Positions 47,218 to 56,724 of a stretch of DNA of 64,000 nucleotides are shown piece after piece (position 1 is the stretch's first letter; the number at the start of each line of letters is the position of its first letter). The DNA comes from Planctomycetota bacterium. GTDB taxonomy: Bacteria > Planctomycetota > UBA1135 > UBA2386. The stretch lies in contig OZ245838.1 of assembly GCA_965228735.1 (NCBI GenBank), forward strand, positions 3,008,001 through 3,072,000. The letters run 5' to 3'. The notes below the pieces were generated by a model. The model saw only the letters and a list, made by a program, of their open reading frames with translations. It did not search any database and was not told where the DNA came from. A program made the translations under genes and the position numbers.

Positions 47218-47904
47218 ATGACCGACGGCGTGGCCAAGGCCAAACGCGCAGCGGCAGTCGCCGCCGCGAATCTCGTCGAGTCCGGCATGCGGGTCGGGCT
47301 CGGCACCGGGTCGACGTTCGCGTTCGTCATCGACCGACTCGCCGAACGCAAGAAGGCCGAGGACCTGTCGTTCGTCGGCGTCCCGACCAGCACCCAGACG
47401 GCCGAGCTCGCGACCGCGGCCGGCCTGCAGCTGGCCGAGCTCGACGACCTCGACGAGCTCGACCTCGCGATCGACGGCGCCGACGAGGTCGACCCACGGA
47501 AGAACCTGATCAAGGGCGGCGGCGGTGCCCACCTGCGCGAACGGATCGTCGCCGCGACCGCGCGCGAGCTCGTCGTCATCGTGGATGAACACAAACTCGT
47601 CGACGTGCTCGGCCAGCGCTTCCTGCTGCCGGTCGAGGTCGTGCCGCTCGGTTGGCGCCACGCTGCGAAGCGCCTCAGAGCGACCGACTGCGAGCCGAAG
47701 CGCCGCGAGCGCGACGGCCAGCCGTTCGTGACGGACAACGGCAACTACGTCCTCGACTGCAAGTACGACGGCATCCCCGACCCGGCGGCTCTGGCGACGA
47801 CGCTCGACGGCACCGTCGGCGTCGTCGACCACGGCCTGTTCGTCGGCATGGCCGGCCGCGTCATCATCGGCGACGAAGCCGGCTCCGTGCGCGTGATCGA
47901 GTAA
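47218..47904 (+). CDS. rpiA: Ribose-5-phosphate isomerase A
   Basis: 'VGLGTGST', 'DGADEVD', 'IKGGGGA', 'TDNGN', 'GVVDHGLF'. Confidence 0.97.
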   Translation: MTDGVAKAKRAAAVAAANLVESGMRVGLGTGSTFAFVIDRLAERKKAEDLSFVGVPTSTQTAELATAAGLQLAELDDLDELDLAIDGADEVDPRKNLIKGGGGAHLRERIVAATARELVVIVDEHKLVDVLGQRFLLPVEVVPLGWRHAAKRLRATDCEPKRRERDGQPFVTDNGNYVLDCKYDGIPDPAALATTLDGTVGVVDHGLFVGMAGRVIIGDEAGSVRVIE

Positions 47905-47907
47905 CTG

Positions 47908-48000
47908 CCGTACGGAACCAGGTTCATGCTGCCGGCCGCGAGCCAGCTACCTCGCGGGTAGCGTCCCGGCGGCCGGCAGCATGAACCTGGTTCCGTACGG
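47908..48000. repeat. REPIN/MITE-like element: perfect 32-bp inverted repeat around a 29-nt spacer
   Basis: CCGTACGGAACCAGGTTCATGCTGCCGGCCGC (47908-47939) and its exact reverse complement (47969-48000); inner GCTACC/GGTAGC stem; lies between convergent rpiA and purK. Confidence 0.9.
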
Positions 48001-48003
48001 GTG

Positions 48004-49146
48004 TCAGCGGGTATCCGCAGTCGCGCGGGCTGCCAGCGCGCGCTCGCGGGCGGACTCGAGGGAGTCGTCGACGACCGTGAGGTGGCCCATCTTGCGGCCG
48101 GGGCGCGCGTCCTGCTTGCCGTAGAGGTGCAGCGCGACGCGGTCGTCGCGCAGGGCGGCGGCCCAGTCGGGCTCACCGTTCTGCCAGAGGTCGCCGAGCA
48201 GGTTGACCATCACGCCGGCGGGGGCGATGCGCTCGGTCGAGCCGAGCGGCAGACCGCAGACGGCGCGGACCTGCTGTTCGAACTGGCTGCAGTGGTGCGC
48301 ATCGATCGTGACATGGCCCGAGTTGTGCGGGCGCGGCGCGAGCTCGTTCACGAGCAAGGTTCCGTCCTCGAGCCAGAAGAGCTCGACGCAGAGCACGCCG
48401 ACCACGTCGAACTTCTCGAGCACGGTGCGGCCGATCTCGCGCGCTCGGTCGCGCACCGCATCGGCGACCGGCGCGGGACACAGCGTGACGTCGAGGATGT
48501 GATTGCTGTGCTCGTTCTGCACCGGCTCGTAGAGTGCGACCGCGCCGTCGAGGCCGCGCGCGCCGACGACCGAGAGCTCGCCCTGGAACGCGATCATCCG
48601 TTCGAGCACGGCCGGCTGCGAGCCGAGCTCTTCGAACGCCACAGCGAGCGCCACGGCATCGCGCACGACGCGCTGCCCGTGACCGTCGTAGCCCCACGCG
48701 CTGGTCTTGAGCACGGCCGGAAAGCCGACCGTCTCGGTCGCCGCAGCGAGGTCCGCCGCGCTCTCGATCTCGGCAAACGTCGCGACCGGCAGCCCCGCGG
48801 CCTGCAGCGCGCGCTTCTCGCGGATCCGGTTCTGCGTCGTGTGCAGCAGCTCGCCGGCCGGTCGCACGGGCGCGTGCCGCAGCGCCTCGGCCGCTGCACG
48901 CGCCGGCACGTTCTCGAACTCGAACGTCACGACATCGACCGCCTTGCCGAGCTTCGTCACGGCGTCGAGATCGTCGTAGGGCGCGACGATGACCTCGTCC
49001 GCCGTCTGCGCGCCCGGCGACTCGGCCGCGTCCGTCAGCACCGTGACGCGATACCCCATCTGCCGCGCCGCGATCGCGAACATGCGGCCGAGCTGACCGC
49101 CGCCGAGAACGCCGAGGTTGCTGCCGGGCAGGAGTACTCCGCTCAC
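48004..49146 (-). CDS. purK: N5-carboxyaminoimidazole ribonucleotide synthase
   Basis: '[12 protein letters not shown]', 'TFEFENV', 'GYDGHGQ', '[12 protein letters not shown]', '[11 protein letters not shown]'; GTGA overlap with the purE stop. Confidence 0.97.
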   Translation of the reverse strand: MSGVLLPGSNLGVLGGGQLGRMFAIAARQMGYRVTVLTDAAESPGAQTADEVIVAPYDDLDAVTKLGKAVDVVTFEFENVPARAAAEALRHAPVRPAGELLHTTQNRIREKRALQAAGLPVATFAEIESAADLAAATETVGFPAVLKTSAWGYDGHGQRVVRDAVALAVAFEELGSQPAVLERMIAFQGELSVVGARGLDGAVALYEPVQNEHSNHILDVTLCPAPVADAVRDRAREIGRTVLEKFDVVGVLCVELFWLEDGTLLVNELAPRPHNSGHVTIDAHHCSQFEQQVRAVCGLPLGSTERIAPAGVMVNLLGDLWQNGEPDWAAALRDDRVALHLYGKQDARPGRKMGHLTVVDDSLESARERALAARATADTR

Positions 49147-49652
49147 GACAGCTCCGAGTTCCTCGCCTTCTCCTCCGCCGCCGCGCGCAGCGTCTCGAGC
49201 CGCGCGCGCACCGCGGCGTCGTGCGGCGCGAGCAAGCGCCCGGCGAACAGCGCCGCATTGCGCGCGCCGGCCTTGCCGATCGCGAACGTGGCGACCGGCA
49301 CGCCGCCCGGCATCTGCACGATCGACAGCAGCGAGTCGACGCCCTTCAGCACGCGGCTCTCGACAGGCACGCCGAGCACCGGCACATGGGTCCAAGCGGC
49401 GAGCATGCCCGGCAGGTGCGCAGCACCACCCGCGCCGGCGATGATCGCCCGCAGCCCGCGGCCTTCGGCTTCCTGGGCGTAGCTGCGCAGCAGCTCCGGC
49501 GTCCGGTGCGCGGAGACGACGCGCGACTCGTGCGGGACTCCGAGTTCGGCGAGACAATCGGCGGCGTGCTGCATCGTCGGCCAGTCCGAGCTGCTGCCCA
49601 TGACCACGCCGACGATCGGATCGCCGCCCCGGGAAGAATCGTTCGAAGCCAA
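49143..49652 (-). CDS. purE: N5-CAIR mutase
   Basis: '[11 protein letters not shown]', 'SAHRTP', '[11 protein letters not shown]', '[11 protein letters not shown]'. Start uncertain (TTG 49652). Confidence 0.95.
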   Translation of the reverse strand: MASNDSSRGGDPIVGVVMGSSSDWPTMQHAADCLAELGVPHESRVVSAHRTPELLRSYAQEAEGRGLRAIIAGAGGAAHLPGMLAAWTHVPVLGVPVESRVLKGVDSLLSIVQMPGGVPVATFAIGKAGARNAALFAGRLLAPHDAAVRARLETLRAAAEEKARNSELS

Positions 49653-49809
49653 GATCGTGCGATTGCTGATGAGTGAATGCCCCAACCGAGCGGCAGCGCA
49701 CGCGCGACGGTCGGCAGGGCGGAGGCCGTAGTAGGAAGCCAGCGCGCGGCATTGCAAGCCCGAGGGCTCCCGATTCGCCAAGCGGCCGTCCGCCGGCTAA
49801 CCTCGCTCC

Positions 49810-52437
49810 ATGGCAGTCCTCGCCGTCACGCTGATGACCCTCGCCCCGATCGGTGCCCAGGACCCGGCCCCCGGGATCGCCCGCGAGCTCGCGCGCACCC
49901 GCAAGGCGCAGATCGAGAACGTCGAATACGACCTGCACTTCCGCCTCGAGGACGGCGCGCCGGCGATCGCGGGCGAGGTCTGGATCCGCTTCGAGCTCAA
50001 CGCCAGCAACGACACCAACGGGGACGAGGAGCCCGACCTGCCGGTCGTGCTCGACTTCGGCGGCGAAGGCCTGCAGAACCTGCGCGTCAACGATCGCGAG
50101 ACGGCGCCGCGGATCGTCCACAACCACATCGTCATTCCGCCCGAGCAGCTCGTGCTCGGGCTCAACGGGATCGTCGTCGAGTTCCGCTCCGAGATCGCGC
50201 CGACCGGCACGCCACTCACGGTCTACGAGGACCCGACCGACGGCCGGCGTTACTACTACACGCTCGTGGTCCCGGCCGACGCGCACCGGCTGTTCCCGTG
50301 CTTCGACCAGCCGGATCTGCGCGCGCGCTTCCGCTTCACGCTCGACCTGCCGGCGACCTGGCAGGCCTGCGCGAACACGGCGCTGACGGACGACGGCGTC
50401 GAGGCGATCGAAGGCGGCGAACGCTGGCCCTTCGAGCAGAGCGAGCCGCTGCCGACGTATCTCATGGCGTTCGCGTGCGGCCCGTTCGCCGTCGCCGAGG
50501 GACCGACCCCGCCCGCCCCCGGCATCGACGGCTCGCCGCTGCGCGTGTTCTACCGCGCCTCGCAGGGCAAGCACCTCGACATGCAGGCGCTCGTGCGGCT
50601 GCACAACGACGGGCTGCGCTGGATCGCGAACGCCTTCGACGTGCCCTACCCGTTCAAGAAGCTCGACGTCGTACTCTGCCCCGGTTTCCCGTACGGCGGC
50701 ATGGAGCACGCGGGCGCGATCTTCTACCGCGAGTCGGCACTCGTCTTCGACCACCCGCCGACGGCCGCGGAGCTCGTGCGGCGCAGCACGCTCGTCTATC
50801 ACGAACTGTCGCATCAGTGGTTCGGCAACCTCGTCACGATGAAGTGGTTCGACGACCTCTGGCTCAAGGAGGGGTTCGCGACGTTCATTGGCTACCGCAC
50901 GCTCGAAGCGCTCGAGCCCGAGCGCAAGGCGTGGCTGCGCTTCCTGCAGCGGGTCAAGCCGCGCGCGTACGAGGTCGACGCGACGCCCGGCACGACGCCG
51001 GTCTACCAGGAGCTCATGAACCTGGCCGACGCCAAGTCCGCGTACGGCGCGATCGTCTACAACAAGGCGCCGGCCGTTCTGCGCGAACTGCACGACCGAC
51101 TCGGCGCCGACGTGTTTCGGGCCGGGCTCAAGACCTTCCTCACGCGGCACGCGTTCGACAACGCGGACTGGCGCGACCTCGCAAAGGCACTGGAAGGCGC
51201 CGCACGTCAGGACCTCGGGCGTTGGTCCGAACGCTGGCTGCTCGCGCCGTCGATGCCACAGGTGCGCGTCGAGTGGCGAACGGGCGACGACGGACTCGTG
51301 GCGGAGGCCAACCTCGTGCAGCGCGCGATCGGCGGCGGCGATGGATCGTGGCCGCTGCGGCTGACGCTGCTCGTGCGCGATGACAACGGCTGGCGCGAGA
51401 TCACGGCCGAGAGCGACGCGCCGAACACGCCGCTCGCGGACCTCGTCGGCAAGCCCGCGCCGCTCGCCGTACTCGCCAACCCGACCGACGTGGCCTACGG
51501 CCAGTTCGTCCCCGACGCCGTGACACGCGCGTATCTCGGCCAGCAGGCCAGCGCGCTCGAGGATCCGCTCGTGCGCGCGGTCGCGCTCTCGAGCCTGTTC
51601 GAAGCCGTGCGCGAGGCCGAGTTCGATCCGGCCACGTTCGCCGGGACGGTGCTCGACGTGCTCGCGATCGAACGCGACCCCGACACGTTCGGCTATCTGC
51701 TCGGCAAGCTGTCGACCTGCCTGCGGCGCTACCTGCCTGAAGGCCGCGCCAAGGCCCCCATGGATCGCGCGACCGCGCTGCTGCTCGGGCAGCTCGAGGA
51801 CGACGCGATCACGGGCAACGAGCTGTCGATCTTCCGGTTCCTCGCGCGGGCGTCGACCACCCCCGAGGTCCTCGCACTGTGCCGCAGCGTCGTTCGATCC
51901 GAAGATCTGCCAACGGGCCTGGCTCCCGGCAAGCAGGACCGCTTCCTCGCCGCCGCGGCGCTCCTCGCGGCAACGGGCAAGAGCGACGAGCTCGAATACC
52001 TCGAACGCGTGTACGACGGCGATGACGTCGCGAAAGAAGCGTTCCTCGCACGGGCCGCGACCGCGGATGCCGAGGTCAAGGAACGCTACTGGCAGCAGTA
52101 CCTGCAACTCGGCAAGCCGCCCGAGCAGTGGACGCAGGCGAGCCTGTCGTTCTTCCACTGGCCCGGCCAGGGCGAGCTCACCCTGCCCTACCTGCGGAAG
52201 GCGCTCGACCAGGTGGAGTGGGTGAAAGAGAACCGCCGCATCTTCTTCATGCCCGCGTGGCTCGACGGCTTCGTCAACGGTCACAGCTCGGCCAAGGCAC
52301 TCGCGATCGTCGACGAGTATCTCGCCGGCCCCGGGCAGCGACTGAGCCCCGACGTGCGCCGGAAGCTGCTGCAATCGCGGGACGGCCTCGAGCGCACGGT
52401 GCGCATCCGCGCCCGCTTCGGCGCCGGCGGCAGGTAG
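49810..52437 (+). CDS. pepN: M1 family aminopeptidase (aminopeptidase N-like), secreted
   Basis: 'FPCFDQP', 'GGMEH' (GAMEN variant), 'HELSHQWFGNLVTMKWFDDLWLKEGFA', 'YNK'. Confidence 0.9.
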   Translation: MAVLAVTLMTLAPIGAQDPAPGIARELARTRKAQIENVEYDLHFRLEDGAPAIAGEVWIRFELNASNDTNGDEEPDLPVVLDFGGEGLQNLRVNDRETAPRIVHNHIVIPPEQLVLGLNGIVVEFRSEIAPTGTPLTVYEDPTDGRRYYYTLVVPADAHRLFPCFDQPDLRARFRFTLDLPATWQACANTALTDDGVEAIEGGERWPFEQSEPLPTYLMAFACGPFAVAEGPTPPAPGIDGSPLRVFYRASQGKHLDMQALVRLHNDGLRWIANAFDVPYPFKKLDVVLCPGFPYGGMEHAGAIFYRESALVFDHPPTAAELVRRSTLVYHELSHQWFGNLVTMKWFDDLWLKEGFATFIGYRTLEALEPERKAWLRFLQRVKPRAYEVDATPGTTPVYQELMNLADAKSAYGAIVYNKAPAVLRELHDRLGADVFRAGLKTFLTRHAFDNADWRDLAKALEGAARQDLGRWSERWLLAPSMPQVRVEWRTGDDGLVAEANLVQRAIGGGDGSWPLRLTLLVRDDNGWREITAESDAPNTPLADLVGKPAPLAVLANPTDVAYGQFVPDAVTRAYLGQQASALEDPLVRAVALSSLFEAVREAEFDPATFAGTVLDVLAIERDPDTFGYLLGKLSTCLRRYLPEGRAKAPMDRATALLLGQLEDDAITGNELSIFRFLARASTTPEVLALCRSVVRSEDLPTGLAPGKQDRFLAAAALLAATGKSDELEYLERVYDGDDVAKEAFLARAATADAEVKERYWQQYLQLGKPPEQWTQASLSFFHWPGQGELTLPYLRKALDQVEWVKENRRIFFMPAWLDGFVNGHSSAKALAIVDEYLAGPGQRLSPDVRRKLLQSRDGLERTVRIRARFGAGGR

Positions 52438-52566
52438 CCGGTTCGCCTGGACCGAATCCGCGACGGAACCGCCCCATGCCATCGCGGCGAGGGGCCCGGG
52501 CGTCTTTCCAAGGGCCGCCGAATGAGGCATTCTTGTCCGGTGCCCCGGCAGCCCCTACCTCCTGCA

Positions 52567-54258
52567 ATGACCGCTTCCTCGCAACTCGCGTGCGCCCTGG
52601 CCATGGGCCTCGCCCTCAGTGCACCCGCCCTCGCCGCCACTCCGAGCGGCGGCGGCGGCACGACCTACGGCGGCGTCGACGTGCCGGCCGGCTTCCACGC
52701 GTTCGGCGCCGTCAACGATCCGCTCTCGCACGGCCAGGTCGGCGACAACTTCCTGTCGCTCAACGAAGCGATCCAGTTGCACAACAACACGCTGCTCCTC
52801 AATCAACTGTCCGCCGCGGAGCAGGCGCAGATCCAGCTGATCCCGGGCACGGGCCAGAGCACGTTCCTGAGTTGGGCGCGCTTCAACGGCGCGAACGTCC
52901 CCGTCATCACGATCGAGCAGAACCTCGACGTGATCGTCAACACGACTTACGGGCTGTTCCTGTCGAGTGACAACGGCAGCACGACGCTCGACTTCTCGGG
53001 GCCGAACGTGACGCGCGGCATGCTCGCGACGACGAACTCGCTGCAGATGCGCGACTTCGTGTTCTCCGGCGGTCCCTACGGCATCGACGTCGTGCAGACC
53101 GACATCGCGGGGCAGATCGGCTTCGCGATCAACGACTGCCGGTTCGAGGACCAGTCACAGTTCGGTGTGCGCATCCGGTCGACGACGGCGAACGGCATCG
53201 GCAAGGGCTACCTCGAACGCTGCGAGTTCGACAACGCAACGACCGGCTTCATCTGGGCTGCAGCCGCGGCCGGTCGGACGTCGTTCTTCGACCTGCACGA
53301 CTGCCGCATCGAGGGCGGCGACTCCGGGGTCGAGATCGCGGCCGGCGACGGCGGCGTCGCGCGCTACGTCTTCGATCGCCTCGTGATCGATGCACTGAAC
53401 ACCGGCATCACGATCGATCGCCCGGCCAACGCCAGCCGCCCGATGTTGCTGCTGTGGCGCAACGTCGAAGCGCGCGCAGCCGACGCGGTCCGCATCGCCG
53501 GGCACCCGACCGGCACCACGACGCTGCAACTCCAGATGTGCCACTTCGCGGCCGGCACCGGCAGCGTCGCGCTGGCGCTCGGCTCCGCGCCGGGCGACGA
53601 CATCGGCGGGCTGCTCGAGGACTCGACGTTCTCCGGCGACCTGACGGTGCGCACCGGCGGCGGCACCGCCGCTCTCGTGATCCAGAACGTGCGCTGCGAC
53701 ACGGGCAACACCGTGCTCACCCCGAGCGCATCGCAGGCGGTCGAAGTCAGCGACTCCCGCTTCGACCAGGGGACCTTGCAGAACGCGGGCTCCGCCGCCC
53801 TCTCGATGACCAACTGCTGCGTGACCGGCGCAGCCACGGGCACGATCCTGGCCGCGGACTCCTTCTTGCCGAACGCCGGCGCCGGCGTGACGCAGACGAC
53901 GCCGCGCCCCGCCGAGCAGCTCGGCAGCATGCGCGTGCTGCCGACGGTTCCGACGATCGGCGCCAACGTCATCTTCGAGGCGGACCTGCCGCCGGGCCTC
54001 TTCGGCTCGTTCCTGCTCGGGTTCACCGATCCCAACCCGACGCTGCTCGCCCAACCGCTGCACGTCTACAGCATCTTCAACAGCACGCTGCTGCTCCCCG
54101 GCATCTTCCGCTTCCAGCAGCAGTACGTCTGGCCGATCGCCAACAATCCGAACTTCATCGGCATCGACCTCGTGGCGACGATTGCGGTGCTGCCGGACCC
54201 GGGCGTCAGCGCGCTGCCGGTGCAGATCGCGCCGGGCCGGCGGTTCGCGCTGCAGTAG
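52567..54258 (+). CDS. Secreted right-handed beta-helix-like protein with C-terminal beta-rich domain
   Basis: Signal peptide; 'LSLNEAI'; repeats 'INDCRFE', 'LERCEFD', 'LHDCRIE', 'LEDSTFS'. Confidence 0.65.
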   Translation: MTASSQLACALAMGLALSAPALAATPSGGGGTTYGGVDVPAGFHAFGAVNDPLSHGQVGDNFLSLNEAIQLHNNTLLLNQLSAAEQAQIQLIPGTGQSTFLSWARFNGANVPVITIEQNLDVIVNTTYGLFLSSDNGSTTLDFSGPNVTRGMLATTNSLQMRDFVFSGGPYGIDVVQTDIAGQIGFAINDCRFEDQSQFGVRIRSTTANGIGKGYLERCEFDNATTGFIWAAAAAGRTSFFDLHDCRIEGGDSGVEIAAGDGGVARYVFDRLVIDALNTGITIDRPANASRPMLLLWRNVEARAADAVRIAGHPTGTTTLQLQMCHFAAGTGSVALALGSAPGDDIGGLLEDSTFSGDLTVRTGGGTAALVIQNVRCDTGNTVLTPSASQAVEVSDSRFDQGTLQNAGSAALSMTNCCVTGAATGTILAADSFLPNAGAGVTQTTPRPAEQLGSMRVLPTVPTIGANVIFEADLPPGLFGSFLLGFTDPNPTLLAQPLHVYSIFNSTLLLPGIFRFQQQYVWPIANNPNFIGIDLVATIAVLPDPGVSALPVQIAPGRRFALQ

Positions 54259-54297
54259 TGCGTGCCCGCATCGCGGACGCGGTCTACAGTCCGCGCG

Positions 54298-55761
54298 ATG
54301 AAGTTCACATACCCACGCGATGGCAAGGCGCTCGGGAGTGCTGCCCACGTTCTCGTCGTCGCGGCCAAGAACTGTTTCGGCCCGCGCAAGCGCGCGGCGG
54401 CGTTCGCCAAACTGCTGAAGAAGGACACCGCGGCTCTCGTCCACGAGCTCGGAGGCGAGGCCGGCACCGGCCTGCTCGGCGGCACGTCGACATCGCGCCT
54501 CGGCAAGCAGCGGATCACGGTCGGCGCGCTGGCCGACGACTTCTCGCGCCACAATTGCGCAGCGCGCGCCGAGAGTGTGCGGAAGGTCACCGCCGGCGCC
54601 GCGCTCGGCAATGCGGCGAAGAACGCGGTGCTGCTCGTCCTCGACGACGAGAGCCACCTCGTCGCCGCGGTCAACGCGGTCGGCCGCGCGCTGCCGGTGT
54701 TCTCGATGAAGAGCAAACCGACGGGCAACGGCTCGGTCGCGATCGTCGCCGCGACGCGCGCGGGCAAGCTTGTCGCGATCGGCAAGGACGTGCAGAACCT
54801 CGTTCACAATGCGCGCGAGGCGGCGCGTCTGGTCGACACGCCGCCGACGGACCTCGACCCGGCGGCGCTGGCGCGCGAGGCGAAGAAGATGCTGCGCTCC
54901 ATCAAGGGCGTGAAGATCACCGAGATCACGGGCGACAAGCTGCTCGAGAAGAAACTCGGCGGGATCCACGGCGTCGGCCGGACCGCGCGTTCGGCTCCCC
55001 GCATGATCGTCGCGACCGCGGGCGCGACGAAGAAGGGACGTCACGTCGCGCTCGTCGGCAAGGGCATCACCTACGACACGGGCGGCCTGCACATCAAGAT
55101 GCGGGGCGCGATGGAGACGATGAAGGGCGACATGGGCGGCTCGGCGGCCGTGCTCGGCGCGTTCGCGACGCTCGCGCAGAACGGCCCGCCCTGCAAGCTG
55201 TCGCTCGTCATGTGCATCGCCGAGAACGCGATCGGCCCGGCGTCCTACAAGCCCGACGACGTGCTCACGATGCACTCGGGCAAGACGGTGGAGATCAACA
55301 ACACGGACGCCGAGGGGCGCCTGCTGCTCGCGGACGGCTGTTCGTGGGCCGCGCGCGTACTGAAGGCCGACACGATCATCGACGCGGCGACGCTGACCGG
55401 CGCCCAGGGCGTCGCCACGGGCAACCTGCACGCGGCCGTCGTCAGCAACGACGAGGCCGTCGAGCGCGCGCTGCTCGACGCCGGCAAGAGCAGCGGTGAC
55501 CTGACGTGGGCGCTGCCGTTCGCGCCGGAGTTCTACCGCAGCGAGTTCAAGAGCCCGATCGCCGACATGCGCAACTCGGTGCGAAGCCGGAGCAACGCGC
55601 AGTCGAGCTGCGCGGCGATCTTCGTGCACTGGCACATCGCGGACACGAACGCGCGCTGGGGTCACATCGACCTCGCCTACCCGGCGATGCGCGGCGATCG
55701 CGGCACCGGCTACGGCGTCGCGCTGATCGCCGATGCCGTTCAGCGGCTCGGCGACAGGTAG
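54298..55761 (+). CDS. M17 leucyl aminopeptidase family protein (NPEPL1-like)
   Basis: 'VGKGITYDTGG', 'MKGDMGGSA', 'NTDAEGRL', 'ATLTGAQGVATG'. Confidence 0.92.
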   Translation: MKFTYPRDGKALGSAAHVLVVAAKNCFGPRKRAAAFAKLLKKDTAALVHELGGEAGTGLLGGTSTSRLGKQRITVGALADDFSRHNCAARAESVRKVTAGAALGNAAKNAVLLVLDDESHLVAAVNAVGRALPVFSMKSKPTGNGSVAIVAATRAGKLVAIGKDVQNLVHNAREAARLVDTPPTDLDPAALAREAKKMLRSIKGVKITEITGDKLLEKKLGGIHGVGRTARSAPRMIVATAGATKKGRHVALVGKGITYDTGGLHIKMRGAMETMKGDMGGSAAVLGAFATLAQNGPPCKLSLVMCIAENAIGPASYKPDDVLTMHSGKTVEINNTDAEGRLLLADGCSWAARVLKADTIIDAATLTGAQGVATGNLHAAVVSNDEAVERALLDAGKSSGDLTWALPFAPEFYRSEFKSPIADMRNSVRSRSNAQSSCAAIFVHWHIADTNARWGHIDLAYPAMRGDRGTGYGVALIADAVQRLGDR

Positions 55762-56591
55762 CCGCCGCCGCGGCTGCCGAAGGCCCGCAGCACGAAGTAG
55801 TCGTAGTCGGCCCACAGCAGCTGGCCGTCGACGAACGCGAGCCGGACGCCCAGGCCTTCGGCCTCCGACACGGTCCAGGCCCACACCTGCACGCTCGGAT
55901 CGTCGACGTGCGCGCTCGAGCAGCGCGGCTCGCCCAGAGCCTGGCGAACAGCCCTGAACGTCACGGGACGCGGCAGGGCCTCCACCCGCTGCACGAGCGC
56001 GGCGCGCGCGATCCTCGGATCCTCGTAGAACAGCAGCGCGGGCAAGATGATGATCGGTGCGAGAACGAGGCCGGGCAGGCCGATGGTCGACAGCACCACG
56101 ATCTGAGACGTCGTCGGGTGAGGCCCCGGCTTGTGGCGGGCGGTATCGAGCGGCTCGAGATCACGCCACTCGAACGGCACCTTGCTCGCCGCGACGACGC
56201 CGGGCAGCGCAGCGATCGTGTCGCGCCCCCAACCCCGTTGCCGCTCGAGCCAACCGAACTCCTCGAAGTCACACGCGAAGAGCGCGGCGACCAGCCGGTC
56301 ATCGCGATAGACCAGGAGATAGTTGGGGTGCGGGTAGAACGCCTGGCAGTGGTCGATGCGCCATTCGCCAGCCGGCCCGCCCGCCACCTCCGGATGGAAC
56401 CGCAGACGCGGTTCCGTCGCGGCATCGAGCAGCGGCGCGACCTCGGCCGGCGCCATGCCTGGCTCCAGGCTCTCGAGTCGCCGCGGGTCGAACCCGACGT
56501 TGCAAGCTGCCAGAGCCAGGACTGCGGCGTGAGCGAAGGCGCGGCGGGCGCCGCGCGTCGGGAATCGTTCGGGGATCGGATCGTGGATCAT
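55740..56591 (-). CDS. Hypothetical lipoprotein
   Basis: Lipobox-like 'VLALAAC'; internal hydrophobic segment; GGAGG RBS upstream. Confidence 0.55.
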   Translation of the reverse strand: MIHDPIPERFPTRGARRAFAHAAVLALAACNVGFDPRRLESLEPGMAPAEVAPLLDAATEPRLRFHPEVAGGPAGEWRIDHCQAFYPHPNYLLVYRDDRLVAALFACDFEEFGWLERQRGWGRDTIAALPGVVAASKVPFEWRDLEPLDTARHKPGPHPTTSQIVVLSTIGLPGLVLAPIIILPALLFYEDPRIARAALVQRVEALPRPVTFRAVRQALGEPRCSSAHVDDPSVQVWAWTVSEAEGLGVRLAFVDGQLLWADYDYFVLRAFGSRGGGYLSPSR

Positions 56592-56724
56592 CGAGACCTC
56601 CTGTGATCCGAAGTAGCCACGCGGTCCGTTCGCGTCCTCGAATTACCGGTGTACGATCCGTTAAGCACTGCGAATCGACGGCCGCACGTTTCGGGGCGAG
56701 CCGCTACACTGCGGGCCGCTTCTG

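Noticed and set aside
48004..52530. 1508-aa minus-strand ORF
   Set aside because: Only the last ~380 aa are real (purK). The rest is the antisense shadow of pepN and an alternate frame of purE, as expected in high-GC DNA with few stop codons.
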